A stretch of DNA of 64,000 nt, from contig OZ218952.1 of the NCBI GenBank assembly GCA_965112735.1, positions 1,798,001 to 1,862,000 of the forward strand, given 5' to 3'. The notes beneath the pieces are model-generated. The model did no database searches and had not been told where the DNA came from. It saw only the letters and a list, made by a program, of their open reading frames with translations. The first letter of the stretch is position 1. Each line of letters starts with the position of its first letter. The DNA is from Phaeosaccion multiseriatum. Its lineage: Eukaryota; Protista; Ochrophyta, other classes. Made by a program: the position numbers and the translations under genes. This document shows, one piece after another, positions 1 through 13,426 of the stretch.

Positions 1-2190
1 ATGTGGAGCAGAGCATTGGCAAAGGCCATGGCACAGAGGAGCACCAGCAGCAGCAGGAGGAGGAGGGGGAGGAGACAGATCCAACAATGCCAGTATCAAC
101 AGCAGCAACAAGAGCAGGCGGGAAGGGGGGCGGAGGCATACGGTGGGCCTTGCGGAAACTGAAACTGTGTATGCCGAGGCTAAAGCATGGCCAGGTGAGA
201 GAGTGGGGGGGTTCCTGCAGCAGCAGCCGGTGCAGCAGTTGGTGATACAGCAGTGGCAGGGCTGCAACCATTATAAACCCCCCCCCGGCCCCCTCGTGAC
301 AATCTCTGCCCTAAGAATGGGCGAGTAGGGCTTTATCTTGTGTCTCGAAGGACCCCTCTCTCTCTCTGACTCTCCCTCTTCCCCCCTCCTCTCCCTCTCT
401 CCCCTCTCTCTCTGCCCATCTCAAATCACGCACATGTGCAACGCCTGTTCTGTCCTCGTTCTGGAATGAAAGTACGTGAGCATGCGGGAGGATGACGGCG
501 AGAAGGAGAAGGAGAAGGAGCAGGAGAAGGAGAATGTGGTGCGTAGCCAGAAGCTCCTCTTTGACCTTTGGCTCCGACTCATCCAGGTAACTCTTGACCA
601 TCAATCATCAGAGAGAGAGAGAGAGGAGAGAGACAGAATAGTAAGTCGGTGAATCTAAGGCGGAGTGCTGCAACTGAGCTTCTTGTCTCGCCCCCCCCCC
701 CGGCCTCTTGGTGTCCTTGCACCGCAGATCAATGCCTCCCTTGCATGCCAAGTGCTCTGGGAACAAGCCTTCAGCAGCAACAGGAGCGGCGAAGGCAGCG
801 CGAAGGCACTCTACGCACACGTGGACGACCCCTCTGGGCAGCAGCGGCGGCAGCAGCAGCAGTTGGTGATACAGCAGCAAGAGGAGGAAGAGATATATGT
901 TTTAGGCCGTACTGCGCACGACGCGAGTAGGAAGATCGTGCTTGCCGCTCGAGCCCTCAAGACCTTCAGGCTGGCCCAGCGGAACACTGCTGAATCACCA
1001 ACTGCTGCCGCTGCTGCCGCTGCTGCTGCTCCGGAGGCTCTTGCTCCCGTTATTGCTCCTGCTGCTGCTATTGCACGTGGTGGTGGTGGTGGTGGTGGTG
1101 GTGGTGGTGGTGGTGGTGGTGATGATGAAGGTGTCGGTGGCGGCGGGGAAGACATACAAGGCATTCAAGGCAGCGAGTCCTTGGAAGCAGCAGTTGGTGA
1201 TACAGCGGCAGTCTTAGGTCCTTTGAAGCTCTCTGGTCTTGTTGTATCACCAAGTGCTGCCGCTAATGCTGCTACTGGGACGGTGTCCGGCACGAAGGCG
1301 GGGGCGGTGGAGCCAGGAGCAGCAGTAGCAAGTGGTGATACAGTAGGGCCATCCTCGGATGGTGAAGGGCTGCAGCAGCTTCGACCGAAGCAGCCGGAGA
1401 AGAGGAAACGTCGTCATCGTCGTCGTCGTCAGGACGCTGCAATGACGACGTCAGAAACAGCCGTTGGTCACACAGCAGCAGTTGGTGATACAGCAGCCGC
1501 GGTTGTTGGTGATACGACAGCAGCGGTTGGTGATACAGCAACAGTTGACCATGCAGCAGCAGCGGTTGGTGACACATCAGCAGCAGTTTGTGATACAGCA
1601 GCAACAGAAGCAAAGCTCCGCCACACAAGGTCAAAGGCCAGCACGGGAGAGGCCAAGGTGCACACGCAGACGACCAACAAGAGAGAGGAGGAGCAGCAAG
1701 ATCAGGCTCAGGCTCAGCGTCAGGGACAGGGTCAGGGTCAGGGTCAGGGTCAGGGTCAGGGTCAGGGTCAGGGTCAGGGTCAGGGTCAGGGTCAGGGTCA
1801 GGGTCAGGGTCAGGGTCAGGGTCAGGGTCAGGGTCAAGGTCAAGGTCAGACTCAAGGTGAATGTCAGGCTCAAGGTGGAGGTGAGGCTCAGGGTGAAGGT
1901 CAAGTTGAAGGTCAGGCTCAGGGTGGAGGTGAGGCTCAGGGTGAAGGTCAAGTTGAAGGTCGGGCTCAGGCTCAGAAGAAGGTGCGGAAGAAGCGCCCTC
2001 CTCGCAGTCGGAGTCCAGAGCGTCCAGAGCGAGGTACCGCTCCTCGCACCCTCAAGCCTCTCAAGACACTTCCGATGGAGGAGCGCAAGCGACGGTCTCC
2101 TTCGCCTCTAAGCGGGCAGCAGAAGGAGCGCGAGGAGGGGGAGGGGGCGCAATTGGTGACGCAGCAGCAACAGCAGAAGCAACAACAACG

Positions 2191-2257
<67 letters not shown>

Positions 2258-3337
2258 GAGTTGGTGCTACAGCAGCCGCCAACGCAAGTCAGCAAGCAGG
2301 AGGAGCCCCCCCCGCAGCCTGTATCGTATCAAGAGGAAAGGGAACAGGGCGGGGGGTATGTGGTGTCTACGCACAGTAGCAAGGAGAGGAGACGCGAAGA
2401 CAGGGAGAAGGAGGAGGAGCAAGAGGGACAAGGAGAGACGGAGGGGCAGCAGCAGCAGCAAGGGCAACAAGGGTGGCAAGGAGACAGGGGAGTTGGCGAG
2501 GGGGAGCACGACGGGAAGAGGCTGAGGTACAAGCAGAGACAGAAGCAGTTGGTGATACAGCAACAGGAGCAGCAGGAGCAAGGCACGGACGAGGAGGAGA
2601 AGCAGGAAAGAAAGGAACAACTCACAGGCGAGAAGAGGGCGGACGCAGAGGTGTTCCGCACGCGAGGGGGCAATAAGAATAAGAATAAGAATAAGACAAA
2701 GAATGGACAAGGGAGAGTGGTCCACGAGGGGGAGGAGGGGGGGCAGAGGAGCCCGGGGAGGGAGGGGAGGAGGAGAGGCCCGGCGGGGGAGGAGTGGGCT
2801 GCTGCGGACGTTGGTACTACGAATACGCAGCGGCGACAGCACCGCCAGGAGATGCGAGAGAGGCCTGCGTCACTCGCTGAGGTGGGCAAGAGCAGAGGCA
2901 CTCCAAGAGACACCAGGGCCGCAGATACGGTCAGAGACACAGTCAGCAGAGACATGGTGGGTAGAGGCACAGTGTCAGTGTCAGTGCCAGTGTCCGGGGT
3001 TGACGCAGAAGCGGCCCAGGCACAGGCACTGGGGAGGAGCGGTGGAGGGGTGTTGGGAGGGACGTATGGCCAAGGACAGGAGGCGAGAGAGGAGGGAAGG
3101 GGAAGCGAAGGAGGGGGCGAGCGGGATGGGAGGCCAGCTCCACATGGAGAGGAGCAGCACATGCAGCAGTCGACTCGACAAGAGGAGGACGACGGGATGC
3201 ATCGCGGGCAACGAAGAGCAAGGAAGGAGAAGGAGGAGAAGAGGGAGAAGGCAAAGAAGGAGAGGAGGGAGGGGGAGAGGAAGGGGAAGGAGAGGAAGCA
3301 GCAGCAGGAAGAGGAGGGGGAGGAGGAGGCCCAGTGA
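1..3337 (+). CDS. 5'-truncated spliced gene; hypothetical protein with a very long Q/E/G/A low-complexity terminal exon (exons <1-194, 473-586, 728-3337)
   Basis: Donors at 195 (GTGAGA) and 587 (GTAACT) and acceptors at 472 and 727 join in frame (...LKHGQ|YVSMREDD...LRLIQ|INASLACQVLWEQ...) into the 665-3337 ORF. No family recognised. Confidence 0.55.
1720..1972 (+). repeat. (CAGGGT)n hexamer array decaying into longer GGTCAA/GGTGAA units; encodes a Gly-Gln dipeptide repeat
   Basis: Directly visible tandem hexamers. Confidence 0.95.
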
Positions 3338-3606
3338 CGGCAACAAGCGCACAGGCAGCAACAGGAGGAGTGCACTGTGATGCTTTCATTGGTATGCACA
3401 GAGACACACACATGGAGGAGAAGTCAAGTTAGAAGTTTATAAAAAGTGTGGCAACTACAGTACCATATTGGGGGACAGAACGCAAGAGAGGCTGTAGATG
3501 GTTTGATGATGACCCTTCGCAGGGAGAAATAATGGAACGATTATTACGCCCCTTCCTTACTTGGGAAAGGCCTTCTTGTATATTGTAGAAGTATATTGCT
3601 TTTTGT

Positions 3607-3640
<34 letters not shown>

Positions 3641-4013
3641 CGGAGAGAGAGAGAGAGAGAGACAAGAGGTGCACCTGCTTCGCGATACAAGCCCGAGCAG
3701 ACACCTCTTCTCCCCTCTTCCTGGCACTCATCCCTCTTCACACAACCCCCCCCCTGTCCTGACACGGACCCCTGTCCTGACCCCCCCCCCCCCAACCACA
3801 CCCCTTCCCCTCTACCCTCCCTCCCCGACACACACAATACATAATTCTTAGGTTGATTCCTATACGTCAGTAAAATTCTCCTCCCTCCTCACCCCTTGGG
3901 CAGGGAGGGCACAGACCCCACATACATCTGATATAGAGACCCTACAACCCCCCATTCCGCTGCGGCCCTCAGGTGGGGTACTTGCCCGCCCCGCCTTGAC
4001 GCTGCTGCTGGAT

Positions 4014-5219
4014 CTAGGACCTCTTGTTGCCGTTCTTCTTGCCTTTCTTGCCAGTCTCCAGGGACTCTTCCACCGCCTTTAACTGGCTCTCCATGTACTC
4101 CCGCCACTCCTCCTTCGCCTGGGCGTCCTCGTCGGAAGCAGCAGCACCGCGCCCACCCTGCCTCTTCCCTCTTCCTTTCCCTGCCGACGTTTGCTCCTCC
4201 TCCGCCCCCTCCCCCTTCTGCTCCTGCTGCTGCAAGAGCTCTCTCAGCAGCACCGCTCCTTGTCGCCGTTCCAACCGGGCAGCCTCGCAGTACAGCAGAG
4301 GCTTAATGACCCAAAACAACTCGTACGGAGTGTACTGATCTCGCCACTCTTTCAGGGCCTTTCTCGCAAGTATCCTCGCCTCCCTCTGGTGAACGGTCGT
4401 TTGGAAGCGCGCAGGACCCCTACCGCCGCTAGACGTGTAAAGGAAATCGGAATTCTTGCTGCTCTTGGCCGCATTGGTTCTGCTGTCCACCCTCTCCACT
4501 TCCTCACGCACCCCCCCGCGCCAGACGCCCCCACCCCAACCCCCCCACCCCATGCCCCCATCTTCTCCTCCTTCGGCCGTGCTGCCACTACCACCACTAC
4601 CACCGTTTCCATTAACAATTCCACCCCCCACGCTCCCCATCACCAACTGCTTGCCCCAGGTGGCAATGCTGGAGGGCCCAAGGAGGCCCATACCGCCCCA
4701 TCCCACCCCCTTGCTGCCCCTCCTCGGAGTGCTGCTGCGATGCACCAAGGGGAAAATCTCCCCCAAGAGCAAAATCTTGGCCAGACATGTGTCCGAGGCA
4801 TTGTCCCACTTGTCCAAAAAGTGCTGCTCCCCCACCACCAGCTGAACAATATCCGCACTCACGGCCTTGACCCACTTCACCACACTCGAGTCCACCTCGG
4901 CCCCCACCTTCTTGGCCGCATCTGCTGCCGTCCAAAGCACTTTGAGCTCCGCGTGCGTTTTAGTGCTGGGCGGCGCTGCGCGGTGCTCGCCCCCGAGGTA
5001 GAAGTCAAGCACGTCTCGGGCGTTGTGCAGCTCAGGCCCCCGCTCCCTGCCATTGGAATTGAGCTGGAATTCGAATGCCTTGGTGTGCGTTGCGAATGCC
5101 TCCTCGGCCCGGACGGCGTTCTGGGTGGCGTCGGAAGCAGGCTCGCGCTGGTAGGACCAGTCGGTGTGCTCCTCCTGCTCCGCTTGCTCGCCTGCACTTC
5201 TCGCCCTCTTGCGGCCACG

Positions 5220-5253
<34 letters not shown>

Positions 5254-6059
5254 GCTTGCTTGCTAGCGCGCCTCTCTTGCTTCTCTCGCTTCGCCTGCTC
5301 CTTCTTCTCTTGTCTCAGCTGCCGCACGTCTTTTGGCACCTCCGGTGGCCCCCTCTCCAGCACTATATTCTGCTCCTTTGCCCACCACTGCAGCACGGGC
5401 TCCCTATCCCTGTCCTTCAACCCAACCGTGCCGCGCCGACGCTGAGAAGGGAAAGGTGGAGGCGAAAGAGCGTGGCAGCAAAGTTAGGACAGCGATTCGC
5501 CAACGGATCGTGTAAAGCAGGAGGGTACAGGAAGACTTCCCAAGTTGCTTACCCATGCTGGAGCCACTTCAATGGCCTGCTTGTCGCCGTTCGCGGTCCC
5601 GTCCCACAGCTCGTCCTCCTCCAAGTCTTCCTCCCACCACTCCTTGAAGCTGGTGTGCTGTTCCCGCCGGCTCGCTGCCGTCTCTTCTTCAGGCACGCAA
5701 AACATGCCCGAGGAGAGCGCGGAGGGTAAGGAGGGCGGCTCCTGCTGCTGCTGCTCCGTGCAAGACGGGCTCCAACCAGCCCCCCTCTTGCACGGCGGGG
5801 CGGGGGAAGTCTTTCTCTCCACCACCACGAGCTCCACCGCCTCGCACATCGTGTCGCTGGGCAACCCTGTGCTGCTGCCGCCGCCGCTGCTCCTTTCCCA
5901 CCAGTTCTGCATCCCTCCGGCGGCTCCTCCCGCTTTTGCTGCGACCAGCACCCCCACCATGAGCTTGGCAACGGGGTTGCCTCGCTTGGCAGCCGCCGAG
6001 GGGCGACCTGAGGGTCTCGCCGATGCGCCCCTCATCTTTCCCAAATCGCACTGCCTCAT
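4014..6059 (-). CDS. Hypothetical protein (exons 6059-5553 and 5441-4014; a further intron is possible around 4500-4700)
   Basis: ATG at 6059. The GTAAGC donor at 5552 and CTCAG acceptor at 5442 join the two long ORFs in frame (...APAW|RRRGTVGLKDRD...). No family recognised. Confidence 0.6.
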
Positions 6060-6782
6060 GGTCCACAGTCCAGAGTAGCTGCAGCACAGTAGTACGCAAT
6101 ACAGCACGACGCGGGAGTGTGCAGCTCCTAGCAGCTGGGTAACTAATAATTCGGCGAGAGGATCCTTCGCATAAAATGCGCAACAGTCACGATATTACCA
6201 ACAGCTAGCCATCTGTGAGCATTTGGTGCGCACTCGAAAACCCCACACCACCATTATCGATTAGGGTGTACAAGGTAATGTATGTGAAGGAAGAGGAGCT
6301 CTGATTTGAAGACCAAATGTATTTATATTTCGGTGTCTGTACAGAACCCAGAACCCCCCCTTATGGTCTGCTCGCCAGCCCCCCTTTCTATATATATTAC
6401 ACCCTTGTTGAGTGCCATCTATGGTTTGCCTAAAAACTAAAGTAATTATCTCACCCGCCCCCCCCCCCCGGGGACTTTGCCCCTGAGGTCGTGAGGAGAC
6501 GGACAAGAGGTGAAGAGGTGCTCACCATCAACAACACTCGTCCGCCCCTCAGTCTCCTCAACAAGGGCACGGCAGGGGCAATGGAATGGAGGCTCAACAC
6601 TCGTCCAACAGGCCAGGCTCCATCCAAAATCCGTACCACGCTGGCACAGCAAGCAAGCAAGTAAGCACGTCCCTATTCCCCGCTCGCTCATTCCGCTGGT
6701 CATTTGGTTGTCAAAAGACATGTCCATCCACCCATCTATCTCCCTCGCTCTCCACCACTCTGCTAATTACTAACTCATTACT

Positions 6783-7426
6783 CTAACTCCCAAGCAACTT
6801 GTAGCCAAAACGAGACCGTGGCCGATTCAGCAGCCCATCGTTACGACAGTCCCACACGAGCAGCCGTATCACCAACAGACCACAGAAGAAACACATACCC
6901 ATGAGGGCGAGAAGGTCCATCCTGTAGCTCTGATTCTCGTCTCTGGAGAAGCCCATCATGGCGTTACCCACGAGCAGTCCAAAGGCCTGCGGGATTAAGG
7001 ACGGCAGGAAGGAAGGAAGGAAGGAAGGAAGGAAGGAAGGAAGGAAGGAAGGAAGGAAGGAAGGAAGGAAGGAAGGAAGGACGGAGGGGCGGACAGACAA
7101 ATGCCCAACGCGTCCATCAGGGTGTAGCGTAGGAAAAAAAAAAGATGGGATGGAAAAAATGAATTAACGACATACGCGGACAGGGGCACAGGGGTGGGGA
7201 GATGGGTAGGACGGTGTGAGTGCTCTATCTGCGAGTATGGATGCTCGTCTTGACAACAGTTCACAACACTCCGTTCCACCAATGTGAGACGAAAGAAGGA
7301 AAGACCATCCCACCCCACCCCACCCCAACCCACGGCAGAAAGACAGGCGGACCCATAAAACACTCGAGAGAGCCCCAAAGACTCGAATGTAGGTAGACAG
7401 GCAGGCAGGCAAGCAGGTAGGTAGAT

Positions 7427-7461
<35 letters not shown>

Positions 7462-10400
7462 TAGGAAGGTCGATGGGTAGGTACAAGTCACAAGTACCAC
7501 ACACGCACCTGCAGCACTTCACTAACGCCAAAGGCCACTCCGTACACGCTGGGGTGTACTGTGAGGGGCAGGGCGGACAGGAGAATCGTTGGCACGAACG
7601 CCTCGCACAAGGCAAGCAGCATGATGCACACCAGGGCAGAAGATGCCTCCTTGAGCAGCAGGTGGTAGGCAAAGATGGTCAGGCTGGTGGTGCCGAGGAG
7701 GACCCAGAGCTGCTGCCCCACGTAGTCCAGGACGAGCCCCGCTACGGGGGACAAGAATACGACGATGAAGGGAATGAGACTGGAGATTAGCCCCGCCTGT
7801 GTGTGTGTATGAGTGTGTGTGTGTGTGAGTGTGTGTGCGTGTAGATGGGTGGGTGTGTTGTGGGGGAGACGTGAGAGGTGGGGAGGGGGGAGGGAGGGGA
7901 GGGGAGGGGAGGGAGGGGAGGAAGGTTAGGGGACGCACTCGACTCAGGGTAAGAGGGGGCGCCGTGCGGACATACGTATGTACGTACCTGTACGGCAGTC
8001 ACCTTGTACGACTCGAAGATGAAGTGTCCGCTGCGGAGGGGGGCAGGAGACGGGGCCCACACGAGAGGGGGGGGGGGAGGAGAGAGACAGCGAGAGAGGG
8101 AGGGGGAGAGGGAGAGAGACAGAGATAGAGGAGAGAGAGTGGGACAGACGATCATCATCATCATCTTCACCATCGTAAGAAGAAGACCCTGGCTCGCCTC
8201 TCACTCGGGAGAGAAGACTCAATCAAACAGGAGTAGCAAACGAGAGGACGAAGCGGTGGCAAAGAAGGGAGAGAGAGACAGAGAGAGGAAGACGCAGACC
8301 GACGAGACAGAGACAGACTCACAACCCAACGGTCAAACAACCAATCATGCAAACAATGAAACAGCGAAAACACCCACTTTCCTGGTCTCTTCCATACCTA
8401 TAGTTGCCAAAGAGATGGTAGACGCACAAAAACAGCGTATGCAGTACGACAAGCAGCCAAAACGCCTCCGACGACCGAGCCGCGGCCTTATGCACGTTGG
8501 CCACGCTCAACTTGGGGTGGCCCACCACCATTCCTTCCCTCCCTTCCCTTTCTTCCCTCTCCCCCGCTGTGCTGTGACCACTTCCGTTGCTCGTACAGCT
8601 GCCGTTCAAGTGTTGTGCGTCACCTATCCCCCCACCCCCATTGCTGCTACTTCTATTGATGAGGGCGTCCCTCTCGCTGCCTGCTGCCCCCCTTTCTTCA
8701 TCTACTCCTACTTGTACTCCTACTCCTCCTTCTGCCGCCGCGACGCCTCCTCCCTCCTCCTCCTCCTCCTCCTCCTCCTCCTCCTCCTCCTCCTCCTCTT
8801 CGCCGTGCTTGCCTCCTCTCTTGCCCCCTCCTCCTCCTGATGAGGAGCCGCACCCTTCTCCCTTCCCGCTGCCGTGCCCGGAGCTGCCGTGCCCGCTGCC
8901 GTGCCCAGAGTGTTCACCGCAATCTCCGCAGCAGCTTTCCGGGCTTACTTTGCAGTACACTATGCCCGCCAAGAGCGATATGAACTGCCCCGCGGAGAAG
9001 ACGGAGAGAAGAGGAAGGTGAAGGAGTAAGGGGAGGGAAAGGGTGTAAGGGAGGGGAGGGGAGGGGGTGGGGACACACACACATACATACCCACACACAC
9101 AAACATACTACACACACACACATACACATACACACACACCTGAAAGATTGTGGCGAAGAGCATTGCATACATGAAGCCCCCGAAGGCCTCCGCCACGTAG
9201 GCTACTGAGGCCTTGGCCATCGTCTTGCTCAGGCACGCCACTGCCACCGTTACGCTCAGGGCGAACGTCAGCTCTCTGTCGTAGAAGTATCTACGTATAT
9301 ACGGGTAAGTTGGGGTGGAGTGGGGTGGGGTGGGGTGGGGTAGGCAGGTCATACGATGGATCGAGCAGGTGTGATGACATTTCGTACAACAGAGCCTATC
9401 ATGGTGTGCTGGCCGCCGAACAAAAAACACAAACGAACGAACGAACCTGCTGACGACGGCCCTTTGCGCAACGGTGACTGTGCCACTCCCCATCCCGAAG
9501 ATGATCTCGCCCATCAGCGCCGCCCAATAACAATCCAACGCCAATGCCAAGATAAAGGCCATGTGCCCCGCGATGGACAGCAGGAGGAACATGACCAGCC
9601 CTTGCTTATGGCCCTTGGAGTCTAAGATGAGGCCGCCAAGGAAGGGCATAAAGAGGCTGGGGAGGGACTGGCAGGACAGGACGGCGCCGTATTTGGTGGA
9701 GTTGAAGGAGAGACCTGGTGCGTGTAGCATGTACACCTGTGTGCAGAGTGGGGCGAAGGAGGGGGGGGGGAGGGAAGGAGAGAGGGGAGAGACGGGAGGA
9801 GGGAAAGAGGGGGAGACGGAGAGAGGGGGGAAGGGAGGGAGGAAGGGAGAGAGAGGATAGGCTTACTCAGCAGGCTTGGGTGAGGGGGAGGGTGGGGGAT
9901 GCGAAGTATAGGCACCACAGTCCGTCTTGTCTGTGTCAAGGTGCAGGCATATGACTAGGCCGACAGACAGGCAGGCCGGCAGGCCGGCAGGCCGGCAGGC
10001 AGACAGGCAGGCAGACAGGCAGGCAGACAGGCAGGCAGACAGGCAGGCAGGCACGCAGGCAGGCAGGCAAGACGGACGGACACAGAGACTCGCGGCGCTC
10101 GTGCCCTGTATACCGTACTTGCTTACCTCCAGAGAGCTGAATGCGTTCTTGACAAAGTGAGATCCGAAGGGCAGCAGAGACACGAGGAGTAACACGCTGA
10201 AGCGCAGCCGCCAGCTCTTGCGCTCCCGCTCCCTGCCAGCAGCTGGGCGGGGCCCCTCTTTGTCATGGAGGGAGAGCGATGGTGCCGCTCCTGCGTCCGA
10301 CACGAGGACAATCTTGCAGGGGGGGGCGCTGCTACTCCTACCGCGCGCCCATCGTGCCGTTGGTGCCCTTCCCCCCTCCTCAACATCAGCACCCTTGCTG

Positions 10401-11230
10401 CCGCTGCTGTGGATGCTGCCGTTGCAGCTGCTGCTACTACTGCTGCTGCTGCTGGGCAGCAGCCATTCGTCGTTTTCTTCTCTACTTCTATAGCATGGCG
10501 TGCGGTGGTGGTCGTGGGGATTGAATAGAGCCATGTCCTGTGTTGTTGTTACGCACACGTAGAGAAGAGCGTAAGGCAAGGATATAGAGATGAAGGAGAG
10601 AAAAAGGACGACAGGGAGTTATTGAAGACATCTTCTCCTCTCGGGTACGCAGTTTCCCCTGGTACAGGAAGCAAAGACATTCACACACTCGCTCCGTCTC
10701 TCTCTCACCTCTCCAGCAAAGTACATGATCGGGTTGGTGACGCTGCTCGTTTCGTCGTGCATACGGCCGTCAAAGTGAATGTGCATGTTCCTTCGGTCAG
10801 CCCCGGGTTCCCTGCCAGCCAGAGCACACCAGGATGCGTCTCTACCAGCAGACCTGACAGACCAGGACGAGGCGTGCACCAGTGTCGGTTGCTCGTCGCC
10901 ATAATTGCCAGCAGAGGAGTACGATGAGCGAAACTTCCGGAGCTGCAGCGGCTGCTTCTCTATCCTCTCCGCCCCCGGTGGCGTCCCTCCCTCGTCCCCT
11001 ACCCGTCTCTCTCTCCCATTGTAGGGGAGGTTCTCCTCCGCTTCCTTTGACACGCCTCGAATCTTGCCATTCTTCCCACCTTGGTCCAAAGACACGCCTC
11101 CCTTTTGCAGCAGCTCGCCCGACAGCAGCGTCCGCCGGTCCTCTGCTTTAGTGAGCGAGCTTCTGCCCCGCTTGGAGGGAGCATCCTCCTCCTCGCCCTG
11201 AATTTCGACACTGCCGTAGGAGCTCCGCAT
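6783..11230 (-). CDS. MFSD1: Major facilitator superfamily transporter, MFSD1-like, multi-exon
   Basis: The spliced product has many hydrophobic helices and MFSD1-type segments: WRLRFSVLLLVSLLPFGSHF, PSLFMPFLGGLILDSKG, GEIIFGMGSG, FYDRELTFAL, SPVAGLVLDYVG, YGVAFG, WDCRNDGLLN. In-frame GT-AG junctions include 10708/10538 and 10126/9737. Confidence 0.85.
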
Positions 11231-11505
11231 GTATCTGTTCTCTTTCTCTCCTTCAAAGCCTACCCTACTTTCTCGTGTGGGGTCCTAGCATGGCGTCCGA
11301 CCCCTCCCTCCCGTGGGGAGCATGGGTATGTATTATTGGATTTACTCGTAATTTCCGTAAGCGTGGCCTTTGCGTGAGAGCGAGCGGTGAGGGGACATTT
11401 ATTACATTTATTGACTTCTTCGAACGTATGTGCTGTGGGGGGTGGGGAGGGGTTATAAGTCGGTGCGATTTCTGAAGTCGGAGCCCTTTGAAATTCTCAT
11501 TTTTG

Positions 11506-11556
<51 letters not shown>

Positions 11557-12860
11557 ATGGCGGGGTCCGCCGAAGCTGTAATTCGCGCCAGTCCGGGCGT
11601 GCTCATCAATCAGGATGTGGTCTTTACAGGGTCGCTGAAGGGCCACGCCACTAACCTTTGCCAGGGAGAAGGGGAGGAGCAGGGGCAAGAGGATGGCCTC
11701 TTGTTCCGTCAGCTGCTCGATTCTCTCTTTGCTCGAGGGGCCGTCAATAAGACCTCCTTTGGGGTGGTTCCCCTCCCGAACGTTTGTCTCACGCTGGAGC
11801 GAAGGAGCTGTGAAGGAGGCGCCGGAGCAGAGGATGGCAGTCTTCCAGCACAAGGATCCTGCGAGTCTTCCTCGCAGGAGCCCATAAGAACCTCACAAGG
11901 GACCGCGAGCTGGACTTTTGTGGAAGATGCGCCTCAGCCTCCTGAGGCAAGGGCGACGAGAAGATATCATGAAATGGAGGATGGGGAAGAAGACGAAGAA
12001 GAAAGAGGCCTTGGCACGACTTCAGAGGACAACGCGAGGCCCCGCTCGACGTCTTTCTACCTTCACGTGTACCTCAGCGGCGGAGACTTTGCGACGTCGA
12101 GTCACCTCCTACACAATGTCGTCCACCATCACGGCAGGAATGCAAGTGAGTCTGACTCCGCACTGGCAACATGGCACGGTGGCCTAGGAGGAGGAGGAGG
12201 AGGAGGAGGAGGAGGAGGAGGGACGAGTACTGGCGGAGTCATTCGACGGGAAATCGATTTGGGTCGTCTGCACATTGATGCCACCAATCGATGGCTGGTC
12301 CGTCCTCTAGAGGCCCAGCTGCACGATTGGTCCCCCTGTGACCGCCACTCCTCGGGGGGGGGCACTCCTGGCCGACTCACAGCCCACCACGAGGCCCGCC
12401 CAGAAACAGCACAACAACAAGAAGGAGAAGAGAACAAGGAGCCTTTTGTCTCAGCTGCTTGGTGGGACGAGGGAGGTCTGCGCGAGAACGGCATAGTATG
12501 GGGACCTGTGTGGACCACCGCGCCGAGCCCTGCCCCCTCTTCTCGACCCTCACGCCACGTCGGCACATACTACCTCGCCGCACTGGCTTCTTCGCTGTGC
12601 GCCACCGCTTCTGCCTCGGCTCTCGCTCTCCTTCTTGCAGCGGCATACTGGAAATGGGAAGCGAGGGCCGAGCGCCAAGAGCCGGCGGCCAAGTCGAAGG
12701 GGGCGCCTATGGGCGAGGACACTCCACTTCCTCCTTCTCCTCCTCGCAGCTTTTACAGCTTTTACACTTTCTTCGGTAGCGAGGGACAGCTTCTCGGCCA
12801 GAGGCGAGCGCGCTCTCTTTCTCCGCTCGAAGTTCGGCAATGGCAAAGGCAATTTCAGCT

Positions 12861-12900
<40 letters not shown>

Positions 12901-13155
12901 GGTCGGAACGGCAGCGACTGTAGGACTGAGGAAAGAGAGGATACGTGTAAACTCTTCGACAATCTCACACGCGACTTGGTCACTGCAAGAGCAGCGGCAG
13001 CACATGACGACTTTGTGGAGGCGTCAAGAGAGGTCCTGCTGCCGCGGGTCTTGGTGAGCACCACAATGGTTGGCACAGCCGCGCACGGAGACGCGGGAGC
13101 GGGGCAGCAGCACGAGGCAGAAGGCCAGGAAGCGACGGGAGCCCTTATCTGCTGA
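11506..13155 (+). CDS. Intronless hypothetical type I membrane protein: CTG-repeat-encoded poly-Leu signal peptide and one TM helix (YYLAALASS...AAYW)
   Basis: Uninterrupted ORF of about 550 codons with an N-terminal hydrophobic stretch ending AEA and an internal TM segment. No family recognised. Confidence 0.6.
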
Positions 13156-13169
13156 AAGCACCCCTCTCG

Positions 13170-13210
<41 letters not shown>

Positions 13211-13426
13211 GCGCTCTTTTTCTCTCGCTACTCTCTCTTTCTCCCCCCGCCCCTCTCACTCTCTCACTGCTGTCATACTCATGCTGTAGGCAAAAGAAGG
13301 ATAAGCGTGTCCACCGCCCCCAACAATAAATGTCTTTTCTCAAAGGTGTGCATTTGTTTCCGGACAAGGCTTGCCAACCGCATGTGGTGGTGGTGGTGGT
13401 GGTGGTGGTGTGGTGGTGGTTTGGAG

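Noticed and set aside
1720-1850. (CAGGGT)n as an interstitial telomere
   Set aside because: It is not TTAGGG-type and lies in frame as a GQ repeat within a coding exon.
4191-5729. 512-aa + strand ORF
   Set aside because: It is the antisense shadow of the spliced - strand gene in GC-rich DNA and has no protein-like features.
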